Shown: piece by piece, positions 1-9,713 of the stretch
Numbering within the stretch: the first letter of the stretch is position 1
How the letters are laid out: each line of letters begins with the position of its first letter
The notes under the pieces: generated by a model
Databases searched by the model: none
What the model was told of the DNA's origin: nothing
The model's input: the letters and a program-made list of their open reading frames with translations, nothing else
DNA from: Candidatus Multivoradales bacterium
GTDB lineage: Bacteria > Acidobacteriota > Thermoanaerobaculia > Multivoradales > JAHEKO01
Reading direction: 5' to 3'
NCBI GenBank assembly: GCA_965223855.1
Contig: CBDCXM010000009.1
Coordinates: 192,001-256,000 of the forward strand
Length of the DNA: 64,000 bases
Made by a program: the position numbers and the translations under genes

Positions 1-17
1 CACGTCGAGAGGCCGGG

Positions 18-815
18 CTAGAGTGCTACCTGAGCTTCGAGGACATCGTCGGCGGTCATCGTGCGACCGTAGATCTCGGAGAAATCGTCCTCCGAAACGT
101 CGGCCCCTGCTCCGTCGTAAACCAACCGGCCCTGCCTGAGCCCGACGATCCTCTGCGCATACTGCTTCGCCAGATCGAGGAAGTGGAGGTTGATCAGGGT
201 CGTGATTCCCAGCTCCTCGTTGATCCGCTGCAGATCGGACATCACCTCGTGCGAGGTCACCGGATCGAGGGAGGCGACCGGCTCGTCGGCGAGGATCACC
301 TCGGGTTTCTGCGCCAGCGCGCGGGCGATCCCGACCCGCTGCTGCTGTCCCCCCGACAGCTGTGAAGCCTTGACGTAGGCGCGATCGACGAGCCCGACCC
401 GCTGGAGCGATTCGAGAGCCAGTTCGATGTCCTCACGCGGCCACAGCCCGAGCATCTGCCGCCAGGTCGGCACCTTGGCGACGCGGCCGATGAGGACGTT
501 CGAGAGCACCGTGAGGCGACGCACCAGACGATAGTCCTGAAAGATCATGCCGACGCTCGCACGAAGTTCGCGCAGCGCTCCCCCGCGAGCCGAACGGACG
601 CTCCTCCCACCGACCTCGACGTCGCCGCCGGTGATCTGAACGAGTCCGTTGATCGCCCTCAGCATCGTCGACTTGCCGGCGCCGGAAAGGCCGACGATCA
701 CGATCCGATCGCCGCGCGGGATGTCGAGGTCGAACTCGTCCAGCCCCTTGACGCCGTTCGGGTAGACGACGGATGTGCGGCGAAAGCTGATCGCCGGCCG
801 TGCTTCGCCGCCCAT
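18..815 (-). CDS. phnC: Phosphonate/phosphate ABC transporter ATP-binding protein
   Basis: C-terminal 265 aa of ORF 18..1697: Walker A GLSGAGKST, signature LSGGQQQRVGIARAL, ILADEPVASLDP typical of PhnC. ATG at 815 overlaps the phnD stop (ATGA). Confidence 0.93.
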   Translation of the reverse strand: MGGEARPAISFRRTSVVYPNGVKGLDEFDLDIPRGDRIVIVGLSGAGKSTMLRAINGLVQITGGDVEVGGRSVRSARGGALRELRASVGMIFQDYRLVRRLTVLSNVLIGRVAKVPTWRQMLGLWPREDIELALESLQRVGLVDRAYVKASQLSGGQQQRVGIARALAQKPEVILADEPVASLDPVTSHEVMSDLQRINEELGITTLINLHFLDLAKQYAQRIVGLRQGRLVYDGAGADVSEDDFSEIYGRTMTADDVLEAQVAL

Positions 816-1744
816 CAGCCGTCGAGATCGATCTTGTCGCGCATCTGCTCGAAGGCGCGCTTGACCGGATCGTAGGTGCCCTCGTCGAACTCGACGAAGC
901 CGTCGATCTCGTAGAGCTTGTAGAGCATCCGATCGGTCTGGGCGATACCCGCCTCCTCGCGCGTCAGCTTGAGAAACGCCTGCTTGATGCGCTCCTTCAC
1001 CTCTTCGTCGAGATCGCCCCTCACCTGCACACCATCGTTGGGAATCCAGTCGGAGTAGTTGAACGGCAGAACCTGGGTGCCGATCTCCGGATACTCCTCC
1101 AGAATGTAGGTCCGGGCGTCGTCGTAGGCGGCGGCGATCTCGACGTCCCCGTTGAGCACGGCGATCACCGCGGCGTCGTGGCTGCCGACGAAGACACTCT
1201 GGATGTCCTCCTCGGGGTTGATGCCGGCGTCGATGAGCTGGAGCGCCGGGAAGAGGTAGCCGGAGGTGCTCGTCGGATCGGTGAAGCCGACGGTGCGGCC
1301 GCGCAGCTTCTGGATCGACGCCACGCATTCCATCAGCCCGTTGAGCCGCTCGGTCGGCGGCTCCTCGCAGAACTCGGGGTCGGCCGTCATCCACTGCGCA
1401 CGGTACTGCGCATGGCCGTCGCGAACCGAGATCAGGATCGTCTCGATGCCGTAGCGCTCGAAGCCGAGCATGCCGGCGAAGGGTGGCAGCATTCCGATGT
1501 CCGCCCTGCCGCTGCCGAGCGCCTCGATCAGGCCGGTGTAGTCCTGCGGTACGAAGCTCTCGACGGCGATCCCCAACTCTGCCGACAGGTACTCCTCGAG
1601 CGGCTTGAGGTTGTCGATCAGCTTGTCGGCCTCGAGGGCGGGAACAAGGCCCAGGACCAGCTTCTGAGCTTCCTCGGGCGCTCCGCCGGAAGAGCAACCG
1701 GCGAGGGCGCAGAGCAAGCAGACTAGGGCGGCACAGCGTCTCAT
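815..1744 (-). CDS. phnD: Phosphate/phosphite/phosphonate ABC transporter substrate-binding lipoprotein
   Basis: Lipobox LAGC, FTDPTSTSGYLFP and GSHDAA motifs of the PhnD family; start set at MRRCAALV (1744). Confidence 0.9.
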   Translation of the reverse strand: MRRCAALVCLLCALAGCSSGGAPEEAQKLVLGLVPALEADKLIDNLKPLEEYLSAELGIAVESFVPQDYTGLIEALGSGRADIGMLPPFAGMLGFERYGIETILISVRDGHAQYRAQWMTADPEFCEEPPTERLNGLMECVASIQKLRGRTVGFTDPTSTSGYLFPALQLIDAGINPEEDIQSVFVGSHDAAVIAVLNGDVEIAAAYDDARTYILEEYPEIGTQVLPFNYSDWIPNDGVQVRGDLDEEVKERIKQAFLKLTREEAGIAQTDRMLYKLYEIDGFVEFDEGTYDPVKRAFEQMRDKIDLDG

Positions 1745-1809
1745 TTGGCCTCGCTTCGTCTCAGATGTCGGGATCACGGCGGCACGGTCAGCATACCAGC
1801 GCCGTTGTG

Positions 1810-2754
1810 TCAGTCGTGCGACGAAACGGGCGCGGCTATGTCCTCTCGGCAAGCGACCAGCTCACCACCGGGGCCGATCCGTCGCATCCAGCCGGCGAGT
1901 TCGATCTCGCTCGAACGGTGCCACGCCCACCTATAGAGCGAGCCGACGAAATCGACCGAGCGACGGTAGCGATCCCGCGCGAAAGTTCGCAGCTCGCTCG
2001 ACCACATCCCGCCCTCATCGAGAGCTGCGAGCGCCACCTCGAGCTCGTAGACCTCATCGACCCGCGCGAAGCTCGCGAGGAACTCCGCTCGGACCGCCGG
2101 CCACAGCTCCTCGAAGAGCTCGAGGGTCGCCGGGCCCGTAGGAGGCTCGAAGCCTGGCGCCTCGAACAGCCCGTCGACGTGCCCGTGGATGCCCGTCCCC
2201 GGAGAGTTGCCTTCGGCCGTGGCACGGCCGTTGTAGTGAATCGTCGTGTGGAGCGGCTGCACCATGTCGGAGGCGTAGTGGGCGAGAATCCCCGCGTAGA
2301 CGAGCGTCTTCGCCTGCACGTGGGGATCGGCTGGCCAGCAGCGATGCTCGGCGAAGACCAGCGCCAGCCGCTCGGCGTTCTCCGCCACCGCCCACGGCAC
2401 CAGCCCGACTCGCGTCGGGTCGAGCCCGGCCTCGACGAGCTTGCCGAGATAGTCGTAGCGCAAGCCGTCCAGAGCCGACTGACCGCCGACTGGATCGAGC
2501 AGCTCGAGGTCGAGGTAGTGCTCCGGCGACTCGCGATGCCGCAGGAGAGGCGCCTCCCGCTCCTTCATCACGTCCGGGTCGATCGCCGAGTGGCCGATCG
2601 CGTCGGCCCCCCAGCGGAAGTACTCCGGCACGTCTCCCAGCTGCGCGAGCGCGGCGGCCCTGGCGACGTCGAAGTGACCACGGCTGTTCCAGGCGTCGGC
2701 GGCTCCGGCGACCGCGCAGCAGACTCCGAAGACCAGCGCTCTCGGCAGTCGCAT
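1810..2754 (-). CDS. Secreted S1/P1 nuclease / zinc-dependent phospholipase C fold protein
   Basis: Signal peptide then W-x4-H (AWNSRGH), DPD, HYLD, HYASDMVQPLH, IHGHVD: tri-zinc ligand pattern of the S1/P1-PLC superfamily. Confidence 0.8.
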   Translation of the reverse strand: MRLPRALVFGVCCAVAGAADAWNSRGHFDVARAAALAQLGDVPEYFRWGADAIGHSAIDPDVMKEREAPLLRHRESPEHYLDLELLDPVGGQSALDGLRYDYLGKLVEAGLDPTRVGLVPWAVAENAERLALVFAEHRCWPADPHVQAKTLVYAGILAHYASDMVQPLHTTIHYNGRATAEGNSPGTGIHGHVDGLFEAPGFEPPTGPATLELFEELWPAVRAEFLASFARVDEVYELEVALAALDEGGMWSSELRTFARDRYRRSVDFVGSLYRWAWHRSSEIELAGWMRRIGPGGELVACREDIAAPVSSHD

Positions 2755-2756
2755 CG

Positions 2757-3479
2757 TCAGGGCACCCGATAGAACGGGTTGGGGAGCTTGAAGGTCTTCT
2801 CGGCGCAGCAGCCGGCGAGATCGCTCTCCTGGTCTCCGATGCTGGCGATGATCGTGTACCCCTCACTCTCGATCTCCCGGCGGGTGCGGGTCTTGAAGAC
2901 CGAGGCCGAAGCCTCGCCGTCGTCGCGCGGCCTCAGATAGAGCCGCTGCCACTCCCCGACTCCGACCTCGCGCAGGTTCTTCTCGGTCGCCGAGCGCTGA
3001 TCCTCGTGGCGGCCCGTGATGAAGAAGATCGCCACGCCGTTCTCGCGCGCCGCCCGGTAGAGCGGCTCGATGCCGGGTGCGATCGGTGCCTCAGCGGCCT
3101 GGACCCAGGCGTCGAAGGTGTCCGGGTCGTAGCGGAAGCGCTGCTCTCTCTGGTAGGGCCAGTTCAAGAGGGTCGTCTCGTCGATATCGAGGACCAGCGC
3201 CGGTCGCTCGACCCGCGTAGCCCTGCGCTCGATCCACCGTCGCGCCCGGGCGTGGACGGCTTCGAGGTCGGCGCCGTAGCGCCCCGAATCGCCGTACTCG
3301 AGTAAAGCATCCTGCACCGCGGGGAGATCGGGCGGCATCGAGGCCGTGCATCCGCCGCTCCCGAGTCCGATCGGCAGCAGACCGACCACGACCAGCCAGC
3401 CGGCAGCCACCCGACGCCGGTGCGTGCGGCACTGCCTCACCCTCTTTGAGCTCCGACTGCTGTCTTCTCTGTCTGTCAC
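2757..3479 (-). CDS. HAD family (subfamily IIIB) acid phosphatase, exported
   Basis: Motif I LDIDET, FFITGR, K, IGDQESDL, KLPNPFY; N-terminal hydrophobic segment with GGC. Confidence 0.9.
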   Translation of the reverse strand: MTDREDSSRSSKRVRQCRTHRRRVAAGWLVVVGLLPIGLGSGGCTASMPPDLPAVQDALLEYGDSGRYGADLEAVHARARRWIERRATRVERPALVLDIDETTLLNWPYQREQRFRYDPDTFDAWVQAAEAPIAPGIEPLYRAARENGVAIFFITGRHEDQRSATEKNLREVGVGEWQRLYLRPRDDGEASASVFKTRTRREIESEGYTIIASIGDQESDLAGCCAEKTFKLPNPFYRVP

Positions 3480-5173
3480 TGAGACAACTCCCTGTAGCCC
3501 GCGTCGCGCCGGGCTCGTTCCAGAACTTCCTCCAGCGCCCGACCCCGGTGTCTTCTCAGCAGGCTCGCCCGCACGCGCGGCTCCGCCTCCTCGAAGCTCG
3601 CCTGGCGGATCGGCTTCGTATCGTCCAACCTTACGACGAACACCCCTGTCGGCCGATAGCGCCCTTCCTCGCGGTCGTAGACCTCACCGAGGAAGGGCGC
3701 CGAGATCTCACCCACCGCCAGCCCGTCGAGTCGCGCGGCGCCGCGCCCGGGAATCTGCGCCGCCAGCTCCTCGTCCGTCAGATCGGTCAGCCGCCCGCCG
3801 CTCTCGTAGGTCCAGTGCTGCGAGTGCTCCTTCGCCACCGCCGCGAAGTCGCGACCTTCCCGAATCTCCTGCACCAACCCGGCCGCTCGCGTCACGGTCG
3901 CCCACATCTCCCTCGGCTCGGCGCTCAGGTAGACGAGCGAGATCGAGCGGCGCCGGGGACGCTCGTAGCGAGCCCTGCCCCGCTCGTAGTGCTCGCGCAA
4001 CGCCTGGACGTCGAGAGCGGCGGCCCACTCCTCGAGGGCGAGCTCGATCGCCCTGGCTCGCGCCGCGACGACGCCCCTTCGATCGAGGGCCTGGAGCTCC
4101 TCGATGTCGAGTTCGGACTCCTCCGCGACCAATAGCAGGTCGAGGGCCATCCGATCGAGTCGCTCCTCGATCGGTCCGAAGTCACGGGCGACCAGGTGCA
4201 GAAGCTCCGGACCCCTCAGCTCCCGCCGGAGCCGGCCCAGAGTCACCTCCTGTCCGGCCGCCCGGAGGAGCACGGTCGCTTCTCGCGCCGTCCGGTCCCT
4301 CAGCCTGGAGTAGAAGCGCTCGAGCCCGTGCTGCTCGGCCGCCGCAATCCGGAACTCCTCCTCCAGTCGATGGAGGCGCTCCTGCCTCACTTTCGCGCGC
4401 ACCGCCTCTTCGACCTCCTCCAAGGGACGGCTCGTCGCGGGAACCCGCGTTTCGAGGCGGGCGAGATGAAAGCCGCTGTCGGACTCCACGATCCGGCTGA
4501 TCTGCCCCTCCCGCAGACCCCAGACCTCACGCATGAAGCTGTCGATCGCCGGCGCCCCTCGCTCGAGGGCCATCCATCCGCCGGCCTCCCGATCCGCGGA
4601 GTCCGAATAGCGCCGGGCCAACTCACCGAAGTCGTGCCCCTGCTCCGCCAGCCGGCGGATCTGTTCGAGCCTCACCCGCAACATCTGCCGCTGATCCACC
4701 TCTTCGCGGGTCGGATCGACACCGAGAAAGATGTGCTGGAGACGCAGGGTCTCCGGCCGCGAGAACGCCTCCGGGTGGGCGTCGTAGTAGGAGCGAATCT
4801 CGTCCTCCGTGACCGCGAGCCGCTCCCACCCCCGGCGCGCCCGCAGCGCTTCGATCCGATAGGACTCTTCTGCACGACGGGCGGCGGCCAGGACCTCGGG
4901 GTGATCTGCCTTCGACAGAGCGACGATCTTCCTGCCGGCGAGCTCCCGCAGCAGCGCCGTGCGCTGCTCGGCCGAGGGTCGTCTCGATCCGAGTCGCTCG
5001 CGCGCCCAACGCTGCAGCTCGATCCGGGATACCGCGCCGCCTTCGAAGACCGCGAGGTCGTCCTCGGGCGCCTTCCTGCCGACAGCGTCGCAACCGTGAA
5101 GGAGTAGCAAGGCGACGAGGCAGATTCGAGCGCGATGGCTGTGCGGCTCGCTCCACCCGCGGGCGGTGTTCAT
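3476..5173 (-). CDS. Parvulin (PpiC-type) peptidyl-prolyl isomerase, probable lipoprotein with two rotamase domains
   Basis: LLHGC lipobox; LQHIFL...FGELARRYSD...GGWM...SDSGFHL and second FAAVAKEHS...SGGRL repeat. Confidence 0.85.
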   Translation of the reverse strand: MNTARGWSEPHSHRARICLVALLLLHGCDAVGRKAPEDDLAVFEGGAVSRIELQRWARERLGSRRPSAEQRTALLRELAGRKIVALSKADHPEVLAAARRAEESYRIEALRARRGWERLAVTEDEIRSYYDAHPEAFSRPETLRLQHIFLGVDPTREEVDQRQMLRVRLEQIRRLAEQGHDFGELARRYSDSADREAGGWMALERGAPAIDSFMREVWGLREGQISRIVESDSGFHLARLETRVPATSRPLEEVEEAVRAKVRQERLHRLEEEFRIAAAEQHGLERFYSRLRDRTAREATVLLRAAGQEVTLGRLRRELRGPELLHLVARDFGPIEERLDRMALDLLLVAEESELDIEELQALDRRGVVAARARAIELALEEWAAALDVQALREHYERGRARYERPRRRSISLVYLSAEPREMWATVTRAAGLVQEIREGRDFAAVAKEHSQHWTYESGGRLTDLTDEELAAQIPGRGAARLDGLAVGEISAPFLGEVYDREEGRYRPTGVFVVRLDDTKPIRQASFEEAEPRVRASLLRRHRGRALEEVLERARRDAGYRELSQ

Positions 5174-5177
5174 GGCG

Positions 5178-6290
5178 TCAGTCTACGCGCTTCGACGCGA
5201 GCTCGGAGGGAAGAGCCAGCCACAGCAACTGGCTGCGCTGTGCGGCGGGGTTGAAGTTGTCGTCCGCCACGAGCAGGAGGGTCGATCGACCGTCCTCGAG
5301 CGTCGGCCCCCAGGTGAGACCCTCGAGATTGTCCGGGCTCACGCCGAGATCGGCGAGATCGACCAATAGCGACTTGGCCGCGGAGCGTGTCGCCCGCCGC
5401 CCGAGCCGGCGCCGGCGCCGGACGTTCTCGGCCGCAGCGAGATCGACGACGAACAGCCGCACGGTGTTGCCGACGCCTGCGGTGTACGAGCGCTCGAGCG
5501 ACAACAGACGGTCTCCTCCCAGAGCCAGCAGCTCGACCAGGCCGTTGACGGCAAATCCGTCGCCGACAGGAGCCACGGCCAGGGGCTCGATCTCGTATAC
5601 GAACGCCGCGTCGGGGCGCCCCCGGGCAGCGTCGTAGCGCACCACTCGAACCCGACTTCCCGCCGTTGCGGAGGCGACGTCGCCGTCCTGTTCGAGCGCG
5701 CTCTCGGTCGCCGTGTAGAGCCAGCGGCCCCCGGGCGAAAGGGTGACGCTCTCGAGAGCGAGGTTGTGTCTCGGGCCCCGCCGCCCGGGCCGGCGTCCCG
5801 GGCGCAGCCAGCGGGGGAGTCTCAACTCGCCCCGGAGGCGGCCGCCCTGATCGAACTCGAGCAACGCCGGCCGGACGCCGTCGCGGATCTGGCCCTCGGA
5901 GGCCAGCCACCAACCGTCGGACATCGCTGCCAGCCCCTCGGGATCGAGCGTGCCCCTCTCGATCGCTCGACCGTCCCGATCGGTCAGCAGGACCGCTTCG
6001 ATCACGACCACGTCTCCCTCGTCGAGCCGACCGTCCCCGACGTCGAGCTCCATTCGGTAGAAGCGCGGAGGGGCGTGGGTGCCAGGGTCGTCGGACAGGG
6101 CGACGATCTCGCCTCGGGCCTCGTCGTAGACGAGCGCCGAGAGACCGCCGATCGGACCGACGACACCGTCTGCCAACCGTGGGATCGTCGCCTCTCCCAG
6201 CCACTCCAGTACGGGCTCGCCCGCCCCCGTCGCCACCGCCGCGGCGGCCAGGACGAGCGCTACGACCGTCGAGCGAAGCCGCCGCTTCAC
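5178..6290 (-). CDS. Phytase-like esterase family protein (secreted beta-propeller)
   Basis: C-terminal part of ORF 5178..8183; GTG at 6290 overlaps upstream stop; signal peptide; GGLSAL, LSDD, DPEGL, NLALES, LERSY, DNLEGLTWGP, ADDNFN motifs. Confidence 0.88.
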   Translation of the reverse strand: MKRRLRSTVVALVLAAAAVATGAGEPVLEWLGEATIPRLADGVVGPIGGLSALVYDEARGEIVALSDDPGTHAPPRFYRMELDVGDGRLDEGDVVVIEAVLLTDRDGRAIERGTLDPEGLAAMSDGWWLASEGQIRDGVRPALLEFDQGGRLRGELRLPRWLRPGRRPGRRGPRHNLALESVTLSPGGRWLYTATESALEQDGDVASATAGSRVRVVRYDAARGRPDAAFVYEIEPLAVAPVGDGFAVNGLVELLALGGDRLLSLERSYTAGVGNTVRLFVVDLAAAENVRRRRRLGRRATRSAAKSLLVDLADLGVSPDNLEGLTWGPTLEDGRSTLLLVADDNFNPAAQRSQLLWLALPSELASKRVD

Positions 6291-7477
6291 GAGCAGCTTG
6301 CGGCCACCGCCGCAATGCCGTCGAGCGCCCGGTCTAGGGTGTCCTCCGGCGGGAGAAAGACCACCCTGAAATGGCCGTCTCCCGCCAGCGCCCCGAAGCC
6401 GCTTCCGGGCACGATCACGACCCCGGTCTCGAGCACGACACGGCGGCAGAACTCGCTGTCCGGCAGTTCGAAGTCGATCTTCGGGAAGGCGTAGAACGCC
6501 CCTTTCGGCTCGACGCACGAGATGCCGTCGATCGCATTCAGGCGTTCGACCACCAGATCCCGCCGGGAGCGCAGCTTCGCCATCACGCCGTCGAGGTAGT
6601 CCATCGGCCCGTCGAGCGCCGGGGCGACGGCGTACTGCTCGGGGTGATTGGCCGACAGCCGCGCCCCTTCGAGTTTGCGGATCGCAGCGCAGTAGTCCGC
6701 CAGCTCGGCGGCGGGACCCGAGATCGACGCCCAACCGAGCCGGAACCCCGGGGCGACGAACACCTTCGAAAGGCCGTGGAGGGTGATGATCTTCGCTTCG
6801 CTCGAGAGCGAGGCGGTCGCGGTGAAACTGCCCGGCTCGAACGCCAGTCGGTCGTAGATCTCGTCGCTGAAGAGCACCAGGTCGTGCTCGACCGCGATCT
6901 CGACGAGCTCCTTCAGGACCTCCCGGCCGGTCACCGACCCGGTCGGGTTGTTGGGGTTGATCACCACCAGCGCCTTGGTGCGCTCGTCGATCCTTTCGCG
7001 GATCGCGTCGGGGTCCGGCTGCCAGCCATTGCCCTCGTCGAGCGGATAGAGCCGCTCCTCCGCGCCGAAGCGCGCCAGCACGGCCGGATAGAGCGGATAG
7101 CCGGGAGACGGGGTCAGCACGTTGTCGCCGGGGTTGACGAGCGCCGCCATCGCCAGGTCGATCGCCTCGCTCGAGCCCGAGGTCACGAACGTGTGGACGA
7201 TGTCGGAGATCCCCTTGCGAGCGTTGTCGCGCTCGACCGCCTCGCGGGCCTGGGCGATCCCCGACGACGGCGCGTAGCCGTTGCGATTCGCCCGCAACGC
7301 CTCGACCGTCGCCTCGACGATATGGGGAGGTGTCTCGAAGTCGTACAGATTGGGATCGCCGATGTTGAGATAGAGAATCTCGCGACCGGCGGCTCGGGCT
7401 TCGTCGGCCCACGCGATCACGTCGCGGACGGCATAGGTGATGCGGCGGGTGCGGTCGGCGGGCTGCACGATTCTCAT
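6287..7477 (-). CDS. PLP-dependent class I/II aminotransferase, AlaA-like
   Basis: LNIGDP, INPNNPTG, SDEIYD, GLSK...PGFRLGW, PKGAFYAFP. Confidence 0.9.
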   Translation of the reverse strand: MRIVQPADRTRRITYAVRDVIAWADEARAAGREILYLNIGDPNLYDFETPPHIVEATVEALRANRNGYAPSSGIAQAREAVERDNARKGISDIVHTFVTSGSSEAIDLAMAALVNPGDNVLTPSPGYPLYPAVLARFGAEERLYPLDEGNGWQPDPDAIRERIDERTKALVVINPNNPTGSVTGREVLKELVEIAVEHDLVLFSDEIYDRLAFEPGSFTATASLSSEAKIITLHGLSKVFVAPGFRLGWASISGPAAELADYCAAIRKLEGARLSANHPEQYAVAPALDGPMDYLDGVMAKLRSRRDLVVERLNAIDGISCVEPKGAFYAFPKIDFELPDSEFCRRVVLETGVVIVPGSGFGALAGDGHFRVVFLPPEDTLDRALDGIAAVAASCS

Positions 7478-7574
7478 GAGCGCATCCTAACCGGCCGACC
7501 CTCGCCGGCTGGAGGCACAGATCGGCTCTCCGGCTTTGGGCTAAGCTACCCGCCCCCCTGCCAAGGTCCCGGCG

Positions 7575-9713
7575 ATGACGAAGACTCGCGCTCTCACAGC
7601 TCTCGCCGCCGCGGCTCTGGCCCTGACAGCCGGTATGTCCTGCTCGCCACCGGCCCGGCTCAACGTGGTGCTCGTCACCTTCGACACCACCCGCGCCGAC
7701 CGCATCGGCGACTACGGCGCGGGAAACCACACTCCGCACCTCGATGCCCTGGCGAAGGAGGGCGTTCGATTCGCCCACGCCTACGCGCCGGTGCCACTCA
7801 CCGCCCCCTCGCACTCGACCATCCTCACCGGCCTCTACCCGATCGCCCATGGTGTGAGGGACAACGGCCTCTTCGTGCTCGGCGACGAGCAGGAGACCCT
7901 CGCCGAGACGCTCCGGGACCGCGGCTACGCGACCGCCGCCGCGATCGGCTCCTTCCCGCTCATCAGCCGCTTCGGGTTCGCCCAGGGTTTCGACCTCTTC
8001 GACGAGGACATCACGGCGCCGCTCGAGAACTTCCTCGGACACGAGGTCGGTCGCAAAGAGGGGCTGTTTTTCGACGATCGGCCGGCAGGGCAGGTCAACG
8101 CGGCGCTCCTGCCCTGGCTGCGCGAGCACGCGGACGAGCCCTTCTTTCTCTGGGCACACTACTTCGACCCCCATCATCCGCACCGCCCGCGGGCACCCTA
8201 CGACGAGCAGTTCGTCGATGACAGCTACCGCGCGGAGATCGCCTACGCCGACGAATCACTCGGGCGCCTGATCGCCGAACTGCGGGCTCTGGGGGTGTGG
8301 GACGAAACGATCTTCGTCTTCACCTCCGACCACGGCGAAGGGCTCGGGGAGCATCGCGAGATCACCCACGCCATGCTGCTTTACGACAGCACACTGCACG
8401 TACCGCTGATCTTGCGGGTCCCGGGCGTGGCGGGCGGGCGGGTGATCGAGAGCCGAGTCGGCACCGTAGATCTCGTGCCGACGCTGCTCGAGCTGCTCGG
8501 TATCGAGAGCGATCGGGAGTTCCACGGACGCTCGCTGGCGCCGACCCTGTCGACGGGCGACGAGCCGGAGCCGCGGCCGCTCTATGCGGAGACCCTCTCG
8601 CCGCGGCTCTCCCACGACTGGGGCGAGCTCCGGGCGCTCGTTGCGGACGACCACAAGTACGTCTTCGGGCCTCGGCCCGAGCTGTTCGATCTCGGGGAGG
8701 ACCCGGACGAGCTCGTTGATCTTGTCGCCGAGCGCCCGGAGCGCGCGGAGCGGATGCAGCGTCAGCTCGCCGCGTTCCTGCGCGAGAACGCCGTCGCCGG
8801 CCTCGCCGGACCGAGCGAGATGGACGACGACACGCGCGAGCGGCTGCTCGCGCTCGGCTATCTCAGCGGCTCGTCGGCCGAGGAGCGCAGGATCGAGGAT
8901 CGACTCGATCCGAGCGGGCCGGCGCCCCAGGATCGCGTCGTCGACGTCAACCGGATGAGTGAGGCGAAGGACCTCCTCTACCGGGGACGACCGCTCGAAG
9001 CGAAACCGTTGATCGAGAAGCTGCTCGCCGACTCCCCCGGCAGCCCCTACTACCAGGAACTCCTCGCGACCGCGGAGCTGGCCCTGGGCAACCTCGACGA
9101 AGGTCTTCGCCTGATCCGCGAACTCAGAGAGAAGACGACCAACAACCGGGCGCTCTCCCGGCAGGCGCTCAACGCCGCGCGCACGATCCTCGCCGGCGGA
9201 AGCGATGCCGACATCGTGCGCCAGTTCGCCGCCGAGAGCCTCGCCCTCTTTCCATCCGCCGAGGCTCAGCACGTGCACGCGCGGGCTCTTCACCGTCTGG
9301 GCCTGCGCGACGAGTACCTCGACGAGCTCAGAGCGACGCTCGAACTCGACCCCGAATGGGTTGCCGCCCGGGTCGATCTCGGGGTCGAGCTGAGACTGCG
9401 AGGGCAGCTCGTCGCAGCCGAAGAAGAGCTGCGCAGAGCGATCGAAGATCATCCGTTCTACGCCCACGGTTTTCTCCACTACGGCCACCTCACCTTCGAG
9501 AGCGGACGCTCGTGGGAAGCGATCAACAACTACCGCCGGGCGGTCGCCCTCGAGCCCTACCTTCTGGCGGCACGTCAGGCGCTGATCTCGGCTCTCGCGA
9601 GGACCGGCCGCTTTGACGAAGCTCGCGAGTCTCTGGGGGAATTGAGGCGCATCGCCCCGGAAGCTGTCGAAACGCGCCGCGCTGTCGCCATCGTGGAGGG
9701 GTTGCCCACATGA
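7575..9713 (+). CDS. Sulfatase-like (alkaline phosphatase superfamily) hydrolase with C-terminal TPR repeats, probable lipoprotein
   Basis: VTFDTTRAD, TAPSHSTILTG, HYFDPH, SDHGE, LLALGYL, then helical TPR-like repeats; GMSC lipobox-like. Confidence 0.88.
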   Translation: MTKTRALTALAAAALALTAGMSCSPPARLNVVLVTFDTTRADRIGDYGAGNHTPHLDALAKEGVRFAHAYAPVPLTAPSHSTILTGLYPIAHGVRDNGLFVLGDEQETLAETLRDRGYATAAAIGSFPLISRFGFAQGFDLFDEDITAPLENFLGHEVGRKEGLFFDDRPAGQVNAALLPWLREHADEPFFLWAHYFDPHHPHRPRAPYDEQFVDDSYRAEIAYADESLGRLIAELRALGVWDETIFVFTSDHGEGLGEHREITHAMLLYDSTLHVPLILRVPGVAGGRVIESRVGTVDLVPTLLELLGIESDREFHGRSLAPTLSTGDEPEPRPLYAETLSPRLSHDWGELRALVADDHKYVFGPRPELFDLGEDPDELVDLVAERPERAERMQRQLAAFLRENAVAGLAGPSEMDDDTRERLLALGYLSGSSAEERRIEDRLDPSGPAPQDRVVDVNRMSEAKDLLYRGRPLEAKPLIEKLLADSPGSPYYQELLATAELALGNLDEGLRLIRELREKTTNNRALSRQALNAARTILAGGSDADIVRQFAAESLALFPSAEAQHVHARALHRLGLRDEYLDELRATLELDPEWVAARVDLGVELRLRGQLVAAEEELRRAIEDHPFYAHGFLHYGHLTFESGRSWEAINNYRRAVALEPYLLAARQALISALARTGRFDEARESLGELRRIAPEAVETRRAVAIVEGLPT

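Noticed and set aside
1745-1810. Pho box upstream of phnD
   Set aside because: No convincing 11-bp-spaced direct repeat visible.
5178-8183. Long ORF starts given in the track (5178..8183, 18..1697, 32044..36063, 61663..63321, 53509..55188)
   Set aside because: N-terminal parts overlap other real genes; starts were reassigned downstream.
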